A stretch of DNA of 64,000 nt from Dehalococcoidia bacterium (GTDB lineage: Bacteria > Chloroflexota > Dehalococcoidia > Lucifugimonadales > UBA6952): contig JBJKVQ010000020.1 of the NCBI GenBank assembly GCA_045562575.1, positions 4,041 through 68,040 of the forward strand. The letters run 5' to 3'. The notes beneath the pieces are model-generated. The model was not told where the DNA came from. It saw nothing but the letters and a program-made list of their open reading frames with translations, and made no database searches. The position numbers and the translations under genes are program-made. Numbering within the stretch: position 1 is the stretch's first letter; every line of letters begins with the position of its first letter. Positions 46,455-54,662 of this stretch are shown here, piece after piece.

Positions 46455-46530
46455 TGGCAGGGGTGCGAGGGCTCGAACCCCGGACCTACGGTTTTGGAGA
46501 CCGCCGCTCTTCCAGCTGAGCTACACCCCT
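46455..46530 (-). tRNA. tRNA-Trp (anticodon CCA), CCA end encoded
   Basis: The reverse complement reads AGGGGTGTAGCTCAGCTGGAAGAGCGGCGGTCTCCAAAACCGTAGGTCCGGGGTTCGAGCCCTCGCACCCCTGCCA. The anticodon loop is CTCCAAA. Confidence 0.95.
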
Positions 46531-46596
46531 AAGGTTTAAACATCGTTTATGCTCACCAGAAGCTACAGTATACAGAAATTTAGCATCGAAAATCAA

Positions 46597-47436
46597 TTAC
46601 GTCAATTTTTCTTTTGGTCCAACTAATTCTTCTAAGGAGTCAGAACTATTATTGCGTTCAGATTCTCTATACCATTGAAAAAATATTATACCCATGAATA
46701 AAAAGAAAACAAATGCTCCAGGAATTTTCATAATAAGGCCACCTATTTGTTGATCTTCAATTCTGCTAAGACCCCATAATACTGGTAAATCACTATACCA
46801 ATAATATATTTCTCCTCGAGAGAAAGTGATGGCTGCCCCAACAAATCCCATGGGTAGAGTTTGAAAAAACAAATATATTATTCGTATTGGGTACCCTAAT
46901 CTTTGAACTTGAGCTGAAGCTCCTAATAGTGGCCACCACAATACTAATGCGCCAAACATGAAAACTAAATGTTCAATAATATGAAGCCAATGATTTGATA
47001 ATGAAAGGTCATAAACCCAAGGAATATGAAAACCAAAAATAACAATGTTTGATAAGAAAAAGGCAATTATAGGATTAGCGAATATACGAAAGATCATTCT
47101 TAATATTGTCAGTTGGAACATCCAAGTCCATAACCATGGTGGTATTCCTTTTATAAATAATGGTATAGCAACTAAAATAAGTAAAAGATGTTGTGTCATA
47201 TGAGCACTAAACAAAAATCGATCCGCAAGTTCATGGATAAATGAAGTTAGGGCTATGTATACAATTATATTTGCCAAAGTGAAATATAGTAGTCTTCTAT
47301 TATCAATTTCAGGAGCTAGATTATATTTCTCTCTTAGTGGAATGATCGCATATATATAGAGAGATTGAAGCAGTAAAACTCCAATAATTATTTCGAAATG
47401 CAAATGCCATTCAGTCCAAGAAAATTGATCATTCAT
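46597..47436 (-). CDS. ctaG: Cytochrome c oxidase assembly factor CtaG (Bacillus/caa3 type, PF09678-like)
   Basis: Polytopic membrane protein with 'FSAHMTQHLLLILVAIPLF' and 'HWLHIIEHLVFM'. It is the last gene of the oxidase operon. Confidence 0.72.
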   Translation of the reverse strand: MNDQFSWTEWHLHFEIIIGVLLLQSLYIYAIIPLREKYNLAPEIDNRRLLYFTLANIIVYIALTSFIHELADRFLFSAHMTQHLLLILVAIPLFIKGIPPWLWTWMFQLTILRMIFRIFANPIIAFFLSNIVIFGFHIPWVYDLSLSNHWLHIIEHLVFMFGALVLWWPLLGASAQVQRLGYPIRIIYLFFQTLPMGFVGAAITFSRGEIYYWYSDLPVLWGLSRIEDQQIGGLIMKIPGAFVFFLFMGIIFFQWYRESERNNSSDSLEELVGPKEKLT

Positions 47437-47469
47437 ATAACTATTATAAGATACTAGTTATTTTTTGTC

Positions 47470-47898
47470 TTATTCGTTATCGATAACTCTTAAACGTCTA
47501 AAAGTAAGAATGGTTCCTACAATCATGCTACCACTTAATAGAACAGCCGTAATTATAGCCATGAAATTAGCCATTTGATTCCAACCGTCTTCAGTACCAG
47601 TAGCGGTTATTATTTGAATGAATAAATATATTGCTACAAGAATAATAAAAGCTGCAGTAGCAGCACCAATTACTTTTCTAAATAAAAGATTTTCTGAAGC
47701 TGCTACACCTGCAGCACCAATAGCCAAAAGTGTTATGACTGTTGCTCCTATAACAGCGTAAGGTTCTAAAATTCCAAATCTTTTATGCTCTAGATGAGCA
47801 AGGTATGTCAATGCTTCTCCAATACCAAAAATCAATCCTAGCGTAAAAAAAACTACTATGAATGGAACCCAAAAAGCAGAAAACAGTCTGTCCATCAA
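47470..47898 (-). CDS. Hypothetical 4-TM membrane protein inside the oxidase operon
   Basis: 142 aa with four hydrophobic helices and no recognised motif. Sits between ctaF and ctaG with gaps of 23 and 33 nt. The start may be ATG 47895. Confidence 0.5.
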   Translation of the reverse strand: MMDRLFSAFWVPFIVVFFTLGLIFGIGEALTYLAHLEHKRFGILEPYAVIGATVITLLAIGAAGVAASENLLFRKVIGAATAAFIILVAIYLFIQIITATGTEDGWNQMANFMAIITAVLLSGSMIVGTILTFRRLRVIDNE

Positions 47899-47921
47899 AC
47901 TAACCTTTCATTTATCAACAA

Positions 47922-48218
47922 TTAAATAAAAACACCAAACAGCAACATGAGTGCACATAAAACATAAATTGCAAGTATCAATCCACTACCAAATAGTATG
48001 GTAAATAACTTATTATCAAATTTTAAATGCATATAATAGCCTACAACAACAATAAATTTGCCTACTGAAAGAATCAATAATATTGGTAGTAATAATGCTG
48101 AAAGTGCTTCTATATAAACAACAGCAACTTCAATTGCTGTCACAACACTTAATATAAGAGCAATAACAACGTACTTTAAAGAACTAGGATGTTCTGTATT
48201 ATGATGTTCAGTAGCCAT
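47922..48218 (-). CDS. ctaF: Cytochrome c oxidase subunit IV (prokaryotic CtaF/COX4_pro type)
   Basis: 98 aa, 3 TM, with 'KFIVVVGYYMHLKFDNKLF'. Sits directly after ctaE. Confidence 0.7.
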   Translation of the reverse strand: MATEHHNTEHPSSLKYVVIALILSVVTAIEVAVVYIEALSALLLPILLILSVGKFIVVVGYYMHLKFDNKLFTILFGSGLILAIYVLCALMLLFGVFI

Positions 48219-48237
48219 AATTTCTCCCTATACTAAA

Positions 48238-48843
48238 TTAATGAACAATATTCGGTGCTTCAATAAGATAAACAACAGTAAATATCACAATCCAAACGAT
48301 ATCAACAAAGTGCCAATACAAACCAGCTAACTCAATATTTAGGCTTTGTTCTTGCGATAATCTACCTCTAAGTGACATGATGAAAAAGGACATCAAAATT
48401 ACAACACCAAAGGTAACATGTAAACCATGAAAGCTTGTAAGTGTAAAGAAGCTCGATCCAAATAAATTACCTTGTAAGGTAACTCCTTGTTCAACAAAAA
48501 CTGTAAATTCGAAATATTGACCACCAAGAAATATACAACCCAAAATAGAAGTAGCAAGTAACCATATTCTTAATCGGGTATGATCTCCTCTTTGTATTGC
48601 ACTTAGTGCCAAAACCATAGTTAAACTACTCATCAAAAGAACAAATGCACTTACTGAAGTGTATGGAATATTAAATACTTCATAAGGATAAGGCCCTACT
48701 ACACTTTTACCTCTGTATAGTAGATAAGTTGAAACAAGGGAGGCAAAAAACAAACAATCTGAACCAATAAAGGCCCACATCATAACTTTACGATTATCTA
48801 ATCCTGTTGTTGTGGTATGACCTGCTGTTTCATGTGTAGTCAT
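48238..48843 (-). CDS. ctaE: Cytochrome c oxidase subunit III
   Basis: 'FIGSDCLFFASL', 'FLGGQYFEF', 'FFTLTSFHGLHVTFG' and 'YWHFVDIVWI'. Confidence 0.93.
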   Translation of the reverse strand: MTTHETAGHTTTTGLDNRKVMMWAFIGSDCLFFASLVSTYLLYRGKSVVGPYPYEVFNIPYTSVSAFVLLMSSLTMVLALSAIQRGDHTRLRIWLLATSILGCIFLGGQYFEFTVFVEQGVTLQGNLFGSSFFTLTSFHGLHVTFGVVILMSFFIMSLRGRLSQEQSLNIELAGLYWHFVDIVWIVIFTVVYLIEAPNIVH

Positions 48844-48863
48844 ATTTAAAATACTCCCATTCT

Positions 48864-50765
48864 TTAATGATGATCCTCAGGATCAGCTGGTTCAAAACAC
48901 CAGCCATATGCCCCGAAAAATGTAGCTAAAATACCAACTATAGCTATTGTCAAACCTACAACATTAAATTGGCTGTAAATTGCGAAACCAAACCCTGACA
49001 CCGATAATCCAATACCAGTTATAAATGGGAAATAAGATAGACCTGGCATGTGTATATCCACTTCTTCATCTTCAGTATGTTCATCTGATGCACCTTGTGG
49101 AATAGGTGTCATATATCCATCTTTATCTGTACTGTATTTAGTGTCCCAAAAAGAATCTAATCCATTCACAATGGGTATTTCTTTAAAATTATATTCGGGA
49201 ACTGGAGAAGGAATTGACCACTCTAATGTCCTACCATCCCAAGGGTCAGCTAAATCTGTACGTCTTTCCTGTCTCATTGTATAAAAAACATTTACAATAA
49301 ATACTATAGTACCGAGGGCGATCATGTATGCCCCTACTGTAGAAACTGTATTCCAAAATTCCCATCCATATTCAGCACCATATGTGTAAATCCTTCTAGG
49401 CATTCCATCCATACCGAGCCAATGCATTGGGCCAAAACTCATGTTCATACCAATGAATAATAAGGCAAAGTGTATAACCCCAAGATTTTCATTTAAGAGT
49501 GTTCCACTAAATTTAGGCCACCAATAGTATATCCCTGAGAAGATACCAAATATAGCACCTCCGAATAATACATAATGAAGATGAGCAACAATATAATATG
49601 TATCCTGCTGTTGATAATCAGATGGAGGAGCAGCATGGCTCACACCACTAAGCCCTCCTATAATAAATAAGAAAACAAAACCTATTGAAAACAACATAGG
49701 GGTTTTGAAATCTATTGAACCACCCCACATTGTTCCAATCCAATTAAATATTTTTACACCTGTAGGAACTGCAATTAGCATAGTTGTAATAGCAAATGTG
49801 GCATTTGCCACAGGTCCCATACCTACAGTAAACATATGATGACTCCAAACAGCCCATCCCATGAATCCTATGAAGATACCTGAAAATATGATGAAAGGAT
49901 ATCCAAATAAAGGCTTCTTTGAAAACGTTGGTAAAACCTCAGAAACTATACCCATAGCCGGCAATATTAAAATATAAACCTCGGGGTGACCAAAAACCCA
50001 AAACAAATGTTGCCATAAAAGAGGATCTCCTCCTGCTCCAGGTGCAAAGAATTGAGTACCTAATATTCTATCTAAGGCAAGCTCTATTAAAGCTATAGTA
50101 ATAACAGGCATTGCTGTAACAAGAAGTATTGAAGTAATAAAGGCCATCCATGTAAAAACCGGCATTCTCATAAGAGTCATACCAGGAGCTCTCATATTTA
50201 TTATTGTTACAAGAAAATTCAATCCACCAGCAACAGATGAGATACCAAGAACTAAAAGTCCTAGTGAATAGAAATCCATACCTCTTCCGCCACTACCATA
50301 TTGATCAAGAGTTAATGGAGCGTATGCAAACCATCCAGAATCAGCAGCCCCACCGAGTATCCAACCTGCATTAAGTAATAATCCACCTGAAAGATATATC
50401 CAGTAGCTCAGTGCATTTAAACGAGGAAATGCTACGTCGCGAGCTCCAATCTGTAAAGGCACAATTAGATTAAAGAATGTAACAGCTAACGGCATAATTG
50501 CTAAAAATATCATAGTCAAAGCATGCATCGTAAATAACTGATTATAGATATCAGGTGAAACTATCTCATTACCTGCAAATGCAAGCTGGCTTCTGATAAC
50601 AATTGCTTCAAGTCCACCTAAAAGAAAGAAAAATATAGCAGTGAAGCCATACATTATACCTATCCTCTTGTGGTCAACAGTGGTAATCCAACCCCAAACA
50701 CCTGTTGTGTAAGAAGTAGGTCTCTCCAAAAACTTTGGGAGAGATCCTGAATTAGCTGCCATCAA
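48864..50765 (-). CDS. ctaD: Cytochrome c oxidase subunit I (with two extra C-terminal TM helices)
   Basis: 'DHKRIGIMY', 'FFLLGGLEA', 'WFFGHPEVYILILP'-type motif ('LFWVFGHPEVYILILPAMG') and 'HHMFTVGM'. Confidence 0.97.
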   Translation of the reverse strand: MMAANSGSLPKFLERPTSYTTGVWGWITTVDHKRIGIMYGFTAIFFFLLGGLEAIVIRSQLAFAGNEIVSPDIYNQLFTMHALTMIFLAIMPLAVTFFNLIVPLQIGARDVAFPRLNALSYWIYLSGGLLLNAGWILGGAADSGWFAYAPLTLDQYGSGGRGMDFYSLGLLVLGISSVAGGLNFLVTIINMRAPGMTLMRMPVFTWMAFITSILLVTAMPVITIALIELALDRILGTQFFAPGAGGDPLLWQHLFWVFGHPEVYILILPAMGIVSEVLPTFSKKPLFGYPFIIFSGIFIGFMGWAVWSHHMFTVGMGPVANATFAITTMLIAVPTGVKIFNWIGTMWGGSIDFKTPMLFSIGFVFLFIIGGLSGVSHAAPPSDYQQQDTYYIVAHLHYVLFGGAIFGIFSGIYYWWPKFSGTLLNENLGVIHFALLFIGMNMSFGPMHWLGMDGMPRRIYTYGAEYGWEFWNTVSTVGAYMIALGTIVFIVNVFYTMRQERRTDLADPWDGRTLEWSIPSPVPEYNFKEIPIVNGLDSFWDTKYSTDKDGYMTPIPQGASDEHTEDEEVDIHMPGLSYFPFITGIGLSVSGFGFAIYSQFNVVGLTIAIVGILATFFGAYGWCFEPADPEDHH

Positions 50766-50797
50766 TATACCTCCATTATTTTATATTTCAGTTTTTC

Positions 50798-51928
50798 TTA
50801 TCTTAATGTTTGTAAATATGCAACCAAAGCCTGAACATCACCTTGTTCAAAATTAAGAGTTGGCATGTAAACTCCTGGTTTCATATCTTTAGGATTTGTA
50901 ATCCATGAAGTCAAATTTTCTTCAGTATTATCATATATTCCCGAGGCAATAGTTGTTCTGCTTGCGACATGAGTTAATACAGGACCTGCATTACCTCTAA
51001 TCTTCATACCTGCAACAGTATGACATGCTGCACACATTTGATTATCCACTTGTTGGCCTCTTATAACACCGCTAAATTTTTTATTAGCGAATATATATGC
51101 ACCTTTGGCTGCCAGACCAGAACAATTTGCATCAGCAGATGCACATTCAATAAGACTAGCATTTGCAGATTTCTGTTCATTTGCAACCCATTCATCAAAC
51201 CCAGCTTGATCATGTGCATACACTTTAAATTTCATATTAGCGTGAGATGTTCCACAATATTCTGCACATTGTGCATAATATTCACCAGGTTCATCTGCTA
51301 TGAACCACATTGAATTATTATTATTTGGAACTAAGTCCATTTTGCCGGCTAATTTTGGAATCCAAAAGCTATGAATCACATTTTCGGATTTTAAGGAAAC
51401 ATTTATTACTGTATCTGTAGGTATGTGAAGTTCATTAGCTGTAGTAAGATTTATATTTTCATCTGTATAATCAAATCCCCACCACCATTGATAACCTTCG
51501 GCAGTGACTTCAATTTTGGGCTTGTTAGTAGGAATTTCATCGTGTTCAAAAATCATACTAACTGTTGGAATCGCAACAACAGCCAAAACAAAAATAGGTG
51601 CTATTGTCCAGGCAATTTCAAGTTTATCATGACCATGGACTTGTTTTGGAAGTTCATTTTCCGACTTACGTCTGTATTTTATAATTGTATAGACTAAACC
51701 TGTTTGAACTACAATAAAAACCGCAGCCATCGCCCAGAAAAGAAGTTCAAACAACCAGCCTTGATCTCGGGCTATTGGCCCTTTTGGATCAAAGGTTGAT
51801 TGTAAATGTTCTGGCGTACAAGCTAAAGAGAGCCCAAACAACATAGTTGCGAAAACAATCTTTAAAATCCTAGTGTGTTTCAAATTACCACCATTCAAGC
51901 TTATGTATATATCAACTAATTCTATCAC
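50798..51928 (-). CDS. ctaC: Cytochrome c oxidase subunit II with a fused C-terminal cytochrome c domain (caa3 type)
   Basis: CuA site 'HSFWIPKLAGKMD...CAEYCGTSHANM' and heme c motif 'CAACHTV'. The lipoprotein-type signal 'KHTRILKIVFATMLFGLSLAC' suggests the true start may be TTG 51883 (GGTGG upstream) rather than GTG 51928. Confidence 0.93.
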   Translation of the reverse strand: MIELVDIYISLNGGNLKHTRILKIVFATMLFGLSLACTPEHLQSTFDPKGPIARDQGWLFELLFWAMAAVFIVVQTGLVYTIIKYRRKSENELPKQVHGHDKLEIAWTIAPIFVLAVVAIPTVSMIFEHDEIPTNKPKIEVTAEGYQWWWGFDYTDENINLTTANELHIPTDTVINVSLKSENVIHSFWIPKLAGKMDLVPNNNNSMWFIADEPGEYYAQCAEYCGTSHANMKFKVYAHDQAGFDEWVANEQKSANASLIECASADANCSGLAAKGAYIFANKKFSGVIRGQQVDNQMCAACHTVAGMKIRGNAGPVLTHVASRTTIASGIYDNTEENLTSWITNPKDMKPGVYMPTLNFEQGDVQALVAYLQTLR

Positions 51929-51931
51929 AAT

Positions 51932-51949
51932 CTGTGATAAATTTCACAG
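51932..51949. promoter_or_regulatory. CRP/FNR-family type palindrome CTGTGA-N6-TCACAG
   Basis: Read directly from the sequence: CTGTGATAAATTTCACAG. It contains a perfect TGTGA-N6-TCACA and is the only such site I found in the window. It lies at about -3 to +15 of the predicted ctaC promoter. Confidence 0.5.
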
Positions 51950-51952
51950 CGA

Positions 51953-51981
51953 AATATACCAAAGAGCACTAGAGCAGTCAA
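51953..51981 (-). promoter_or_regulatory. Putative promoter of the ctaCDEF-ctaG operon (TTGACT-17-TATATT)
   Basis: On the minus strand, TTGACT is at 51981-51976, followed by a 17-nt spacer and TATATT at 51958-51953. Confidence 0.5.
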
Positions 51982-52035
51982 TACAAACTGTAATCAATTA
52001 TATGTTGAATTAAAATATGATTGAAAAAAAAGACG

Positions 52036-52064
52036 TTGTAGTAAGTTAATACCTGTTCTACAAT
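52036..52064 (+). promoter_or_regulatory. Putative promoter of ctaA/B (TTGTAG-17-TACAAT) placed for a leaderless transcript
   Basis: TTGTAG at 52036-52041 and TACAAT at 52059-52064. The ATG at 52072 is 7 nt after the -10 element. An in-frame TAA lies immediately upstream and there is no SD. Confidence 0.4.
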
Positions 52065-52071
52065 ATAATAA

Positions 52072-53925
52072 ATGGCTAATGAAAAAAATAACACAACTCT
52101 ATTTGATCTCTCGAGTGTAGGTACTGGTTTTAAAACAATTCTGTTCCTTACCTTATGCTTACTTTTCGCTCTTATTACACTGGGCGGTATAGTTAGGGTT
52201 ACTGATTCTGGTCTTGGTTGTCCTGATTGGCCTCTTTGTTATGGTCAAATTATCCCACCATTACAAGATGTTATGTATGCTGGAGAGATTATTGAAGTTC
52301 ATCATATTTGGATAGAATGGTCACACAGAACATTAGCAGCAATAACAGGTTTACCAATATTATTAGTTGCCATAATATCTTGGTGGAAATATCGCAAATA
52401 TTCTTTAATCACAGTTCCTGCTACAATTGCTGTTATACTTCTTGTATTTCAAGTAGTTTTAGGAGCTATTACAGTTCTAAGAGAATTACCCCCTGAAATA
52501 GTCACAACACATCTTAGTACGGCACAATTCATTTTTGCCACTCTATTATTCATGTATGTAATTCTAACAAATTCTATTCAACCTCTTGAAGATAAGTTAA
52601 TCATCGATAAGATTCCAAATCTTTTTCGTTGGTCTATAGTGGGCGCTATCAGTTCCTTTGTTATTCTGATATCTGGATCATATGTTGTTGGAGCTGGTGC
52701 AGGAACTAGTTGTCCTAATTGGCCACTATGTGACAATACACTTTTACCTCAACTTAATATCCAATGGCTTCATATGTTCCACAGAGTTGTCGTTATTATA
52801 GGGACAATAACTATAGCGATTCCTGTAATCTATGCTTATAAAATCAATGTTCCTAAAATTACTTTTCCCGGATTACTCGTAGGCACTTTTTTGATTTCAC
52901 AAATATTCATAGGCGCATTGAATCCCGCCTCAGGATTCCATCCAGTTTTTAGAGTATTACACCTTTCTTTAGCATCTGCATTATGGCTTGCTTCTATGTA
53001 TCTCTTAACAACTACTTGGATGTATAAGAAACAAACAAATACTAAAGAAGAGTTCAATTTAATACAGCTTCTATCTGACTACTTTGAGCTATCAAAACCG
53101 CTAATTATATTACTACTATTATTATCCGCACTCACTGGTATGATTATTGCTGAACAAGGTCTACCCGAAATACATCTGATAGCAACAGTACTCGTTGCAG
53201 GAGCTTTGGCATCAGCTGGTGCAAATGCTATAAATAATTTCATCGATCGAGACATAGATACTGTCATGTCTCGAACAAAATCTAGACCAGTTGCAGGAAG
53301 TAGAGTTAGCCCAACTAGTGCATTAGTATTTGGTATCGTATTAAATATAATATCTTTTGTAGCTTTTTGGACAATTGTTAATTTGCTAAGTGCACTACTA
53401 ACATTGGGAGCCACTTTATTTTATGTATTTATATACACCTTATGGTTAAAAAGGACATCGACTCAAAATATCGTTATTGGCGGAGCAGCAGGTGCACTTC
53501 CCCCTATTATTGGATGGGCAGCAGTACAAGGAACTATTGGATTACCCTCCTTGTACCTTTTTGCCATAATCTTCTTTTGGACACCACCTCATTTTTGGGC
53601 GCTCTCAATACTTTTAGAGAAAGATTATGCTAACGCTAACATCCCTATGTTAAATGTCGTAATGGGTATAAAAGAAACTCGTAAATTTATAATGATGCAT
53701 TCAATAATATTGGTAGCATTAACAATACTTTTTTACACTGTTCCGCAATTAGGTTTGTTTTATCTTGTTTCTGCATTAATTTTAGATATATATTTTTTGT
53801 ATCTGGGAATAAAACTATGGCAAAATCTGGATCATGCATCAGCAAGAAAATTATATTTATACTCCCTGTTATACCTCATGCTTTTATTAATCGCTGTTAT
53901 GATAAGTAGTGGTTTTGGTATTTGA
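52072..53925 (+). CDS. Fusion protein: heme A synthase (CtaA/COX15) + protoheme IX farnesyltransferase (CtaB/COX10)
   Basis: The N-terminal roughly 310 aa carry both Cys pairs ('GLGCPDWPLCYG', 'GTSCPNWPLC') and conserved His residues. The C-terminal roughly 300 aa carry the UbiA motif 'NNFIDRDIDTVMSRTKSRPVA' and 'FFWTPPHFWAL'. Confidence 0.9.
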   Translation: MANEKNNTTLFDLSSVGTGFKTILFLTLCLLFALITLGGIVRVTDSGLGCPDWPLCYGQIIPPLQDVMYAGEIIEVHHIWIEWSHRTLAAITGLPILLVAIISWWKYRKYSLITVPATIAVILLVFQVVLGAITVLRELPPEIVTTHLSTAQFIFATLLFMYVILTNSIQPLEDKLIIDKIPNLFRWSIVGAISSFVILISGSYVVGAGAGTSCPNWPLCDNTLLPQLNIQWLHMFHRVVVIIGTITIAIPVIYAYKINVPKITFPGLLVGTFLISQIFIGALNPASGFHPVFRVLHLSLASALWLASMYLLTTTWMYKKQTNTKEEFNLIQLLSDYFELSKPLIILLLLLSALTGMIIAEQGLPEIHLIATVLVAGALASAGANAINNFIDRDIDTVMSRTKSRPVAGSRVSPTSALVFGIVLNIISFVAFWTIVNLLSALLTLGATLFYVFIYTLWLKRTSTQNIVIGGAAGALPPIIGWAAVQGTIGLPSLYLFAIIFFWTPPHFWALSILLEKDYANANIPMLNVVMGIKETRKFIMMHSIILVALTILFYTVPQLGLFYLVSALILDIYFLYLGIKLWQNLDHASARKLYLYSLLYLMLLLIAVMISSGFGI

Positions 53926-54644
53926 TAGAACTAAAGAAAATACACAGAACTATTCCCTATTCAATTTCCTTATTAGCTTTTCTATTTGTTACCACTGTAA
54001 TACTTTCCAATTGTTCACCTAGTAATTTTAAAGGTACTACTATTACCAATGGTCAAAGTATTCCATCATTTGAGCTTATTGACCAATACAACAATTCTGT
54101 AAATTCTAATGATTTTAGCAACAAGATTTTAGTATTGACCTTTTTATATTCCGAATGCAAAGAGGAATGTAAAATCATTGTTCCGATGATTTCCAAAATA
54201 CAGTCAGAGATATTAAACCAAAATCAAGATATTTCAGACGATATAACATTTCTTTCAATTTCAGTTGATCCGACCAATGACATCCCAGAAAATACTTATA
54301 AATACATGCAATTGAATAACAAAAATCCAGACTGGCAAGAAAGAGAAGTACAAGCAAATTGGATTTTTCTAAGTGGTGATCTTCAAATACTCGAAAATAT
54401 ATGGACTCATTATGGAATTGCTGCCGATGCAGCAATTTTAGATCAAGGAAGTGTCATTGATGTAATTTCACAAAAAACCATGAAAGATTTATATCATAAA
54501 AAAGATATTTTCCCCACTTACAAAATAGATCATTCTTTACCAATTTATATAATAGACAAATCTGGTATCACACGAGTTATTTATAACGATTTAAAAATAG
54601 ATACTGAGAATATAATTCATGATATACTTCTCCTTGCGAAATAA
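53922..54644 (+). CDS. SCO1/SenC-like copper chaperone (thioredoxin fold) lipoprotein
   Basis: Lipobox 'ILSNC', 'ILVLTFLYSECKEECKIIVP' (CxxxC), 'SISVDPTNDIPE' and 'IDHSLPIYIIDKSG'. The start overlaps the ctaA/B stop. Confidence 0.8.
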   Translation: MIELKKIHRTIPYSISLLAFLFVTTVILSNCSPSNFKGTTITNGQSIPSFELIDQYNNSVNSNDFSNKILVLTFLYSECKEECKIIVPMISKIQSEILNQNQDISDDITFLSISVDPTNDIPENTYKYMQLNNKNPDWQEREVQANWIFLSGDLQILENIWTHYGIAADAAILDQGSVIDVISQKTMKDLYHKKDIFPTYKIDHSLPIYIIDKSGITRVIYNDLKIDTENIIHDILLLAK

Positions 54645-54662
54645 AATTTAGGAGGGACAATT

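Noticed and set aside
39458-46530. A metabolic block (PrpD, two ACADs, ogt, amidohydrolase, DUF1028) is bracketed by tRNA-Leu genes and might be a genomic island.
   Set aside because: There is no integrase, transposase or phage gene. I found no repeat of any tRNA 3' end at the borders. The composition is not visibly different from the flanks, and the genes are ordinary catabolic paralogs.
46357-46539. Three short ORFs appear in the track: 'MPRRRLELLRAF...' here, 'MPRARLELARLL...' at 39457-39678, and the ORF at 2924-3115.
   Set aside because: They are translations across tRNA genes (Leu-GAG and Trp-CCA, Leu-TAA, and Ser-GGA).
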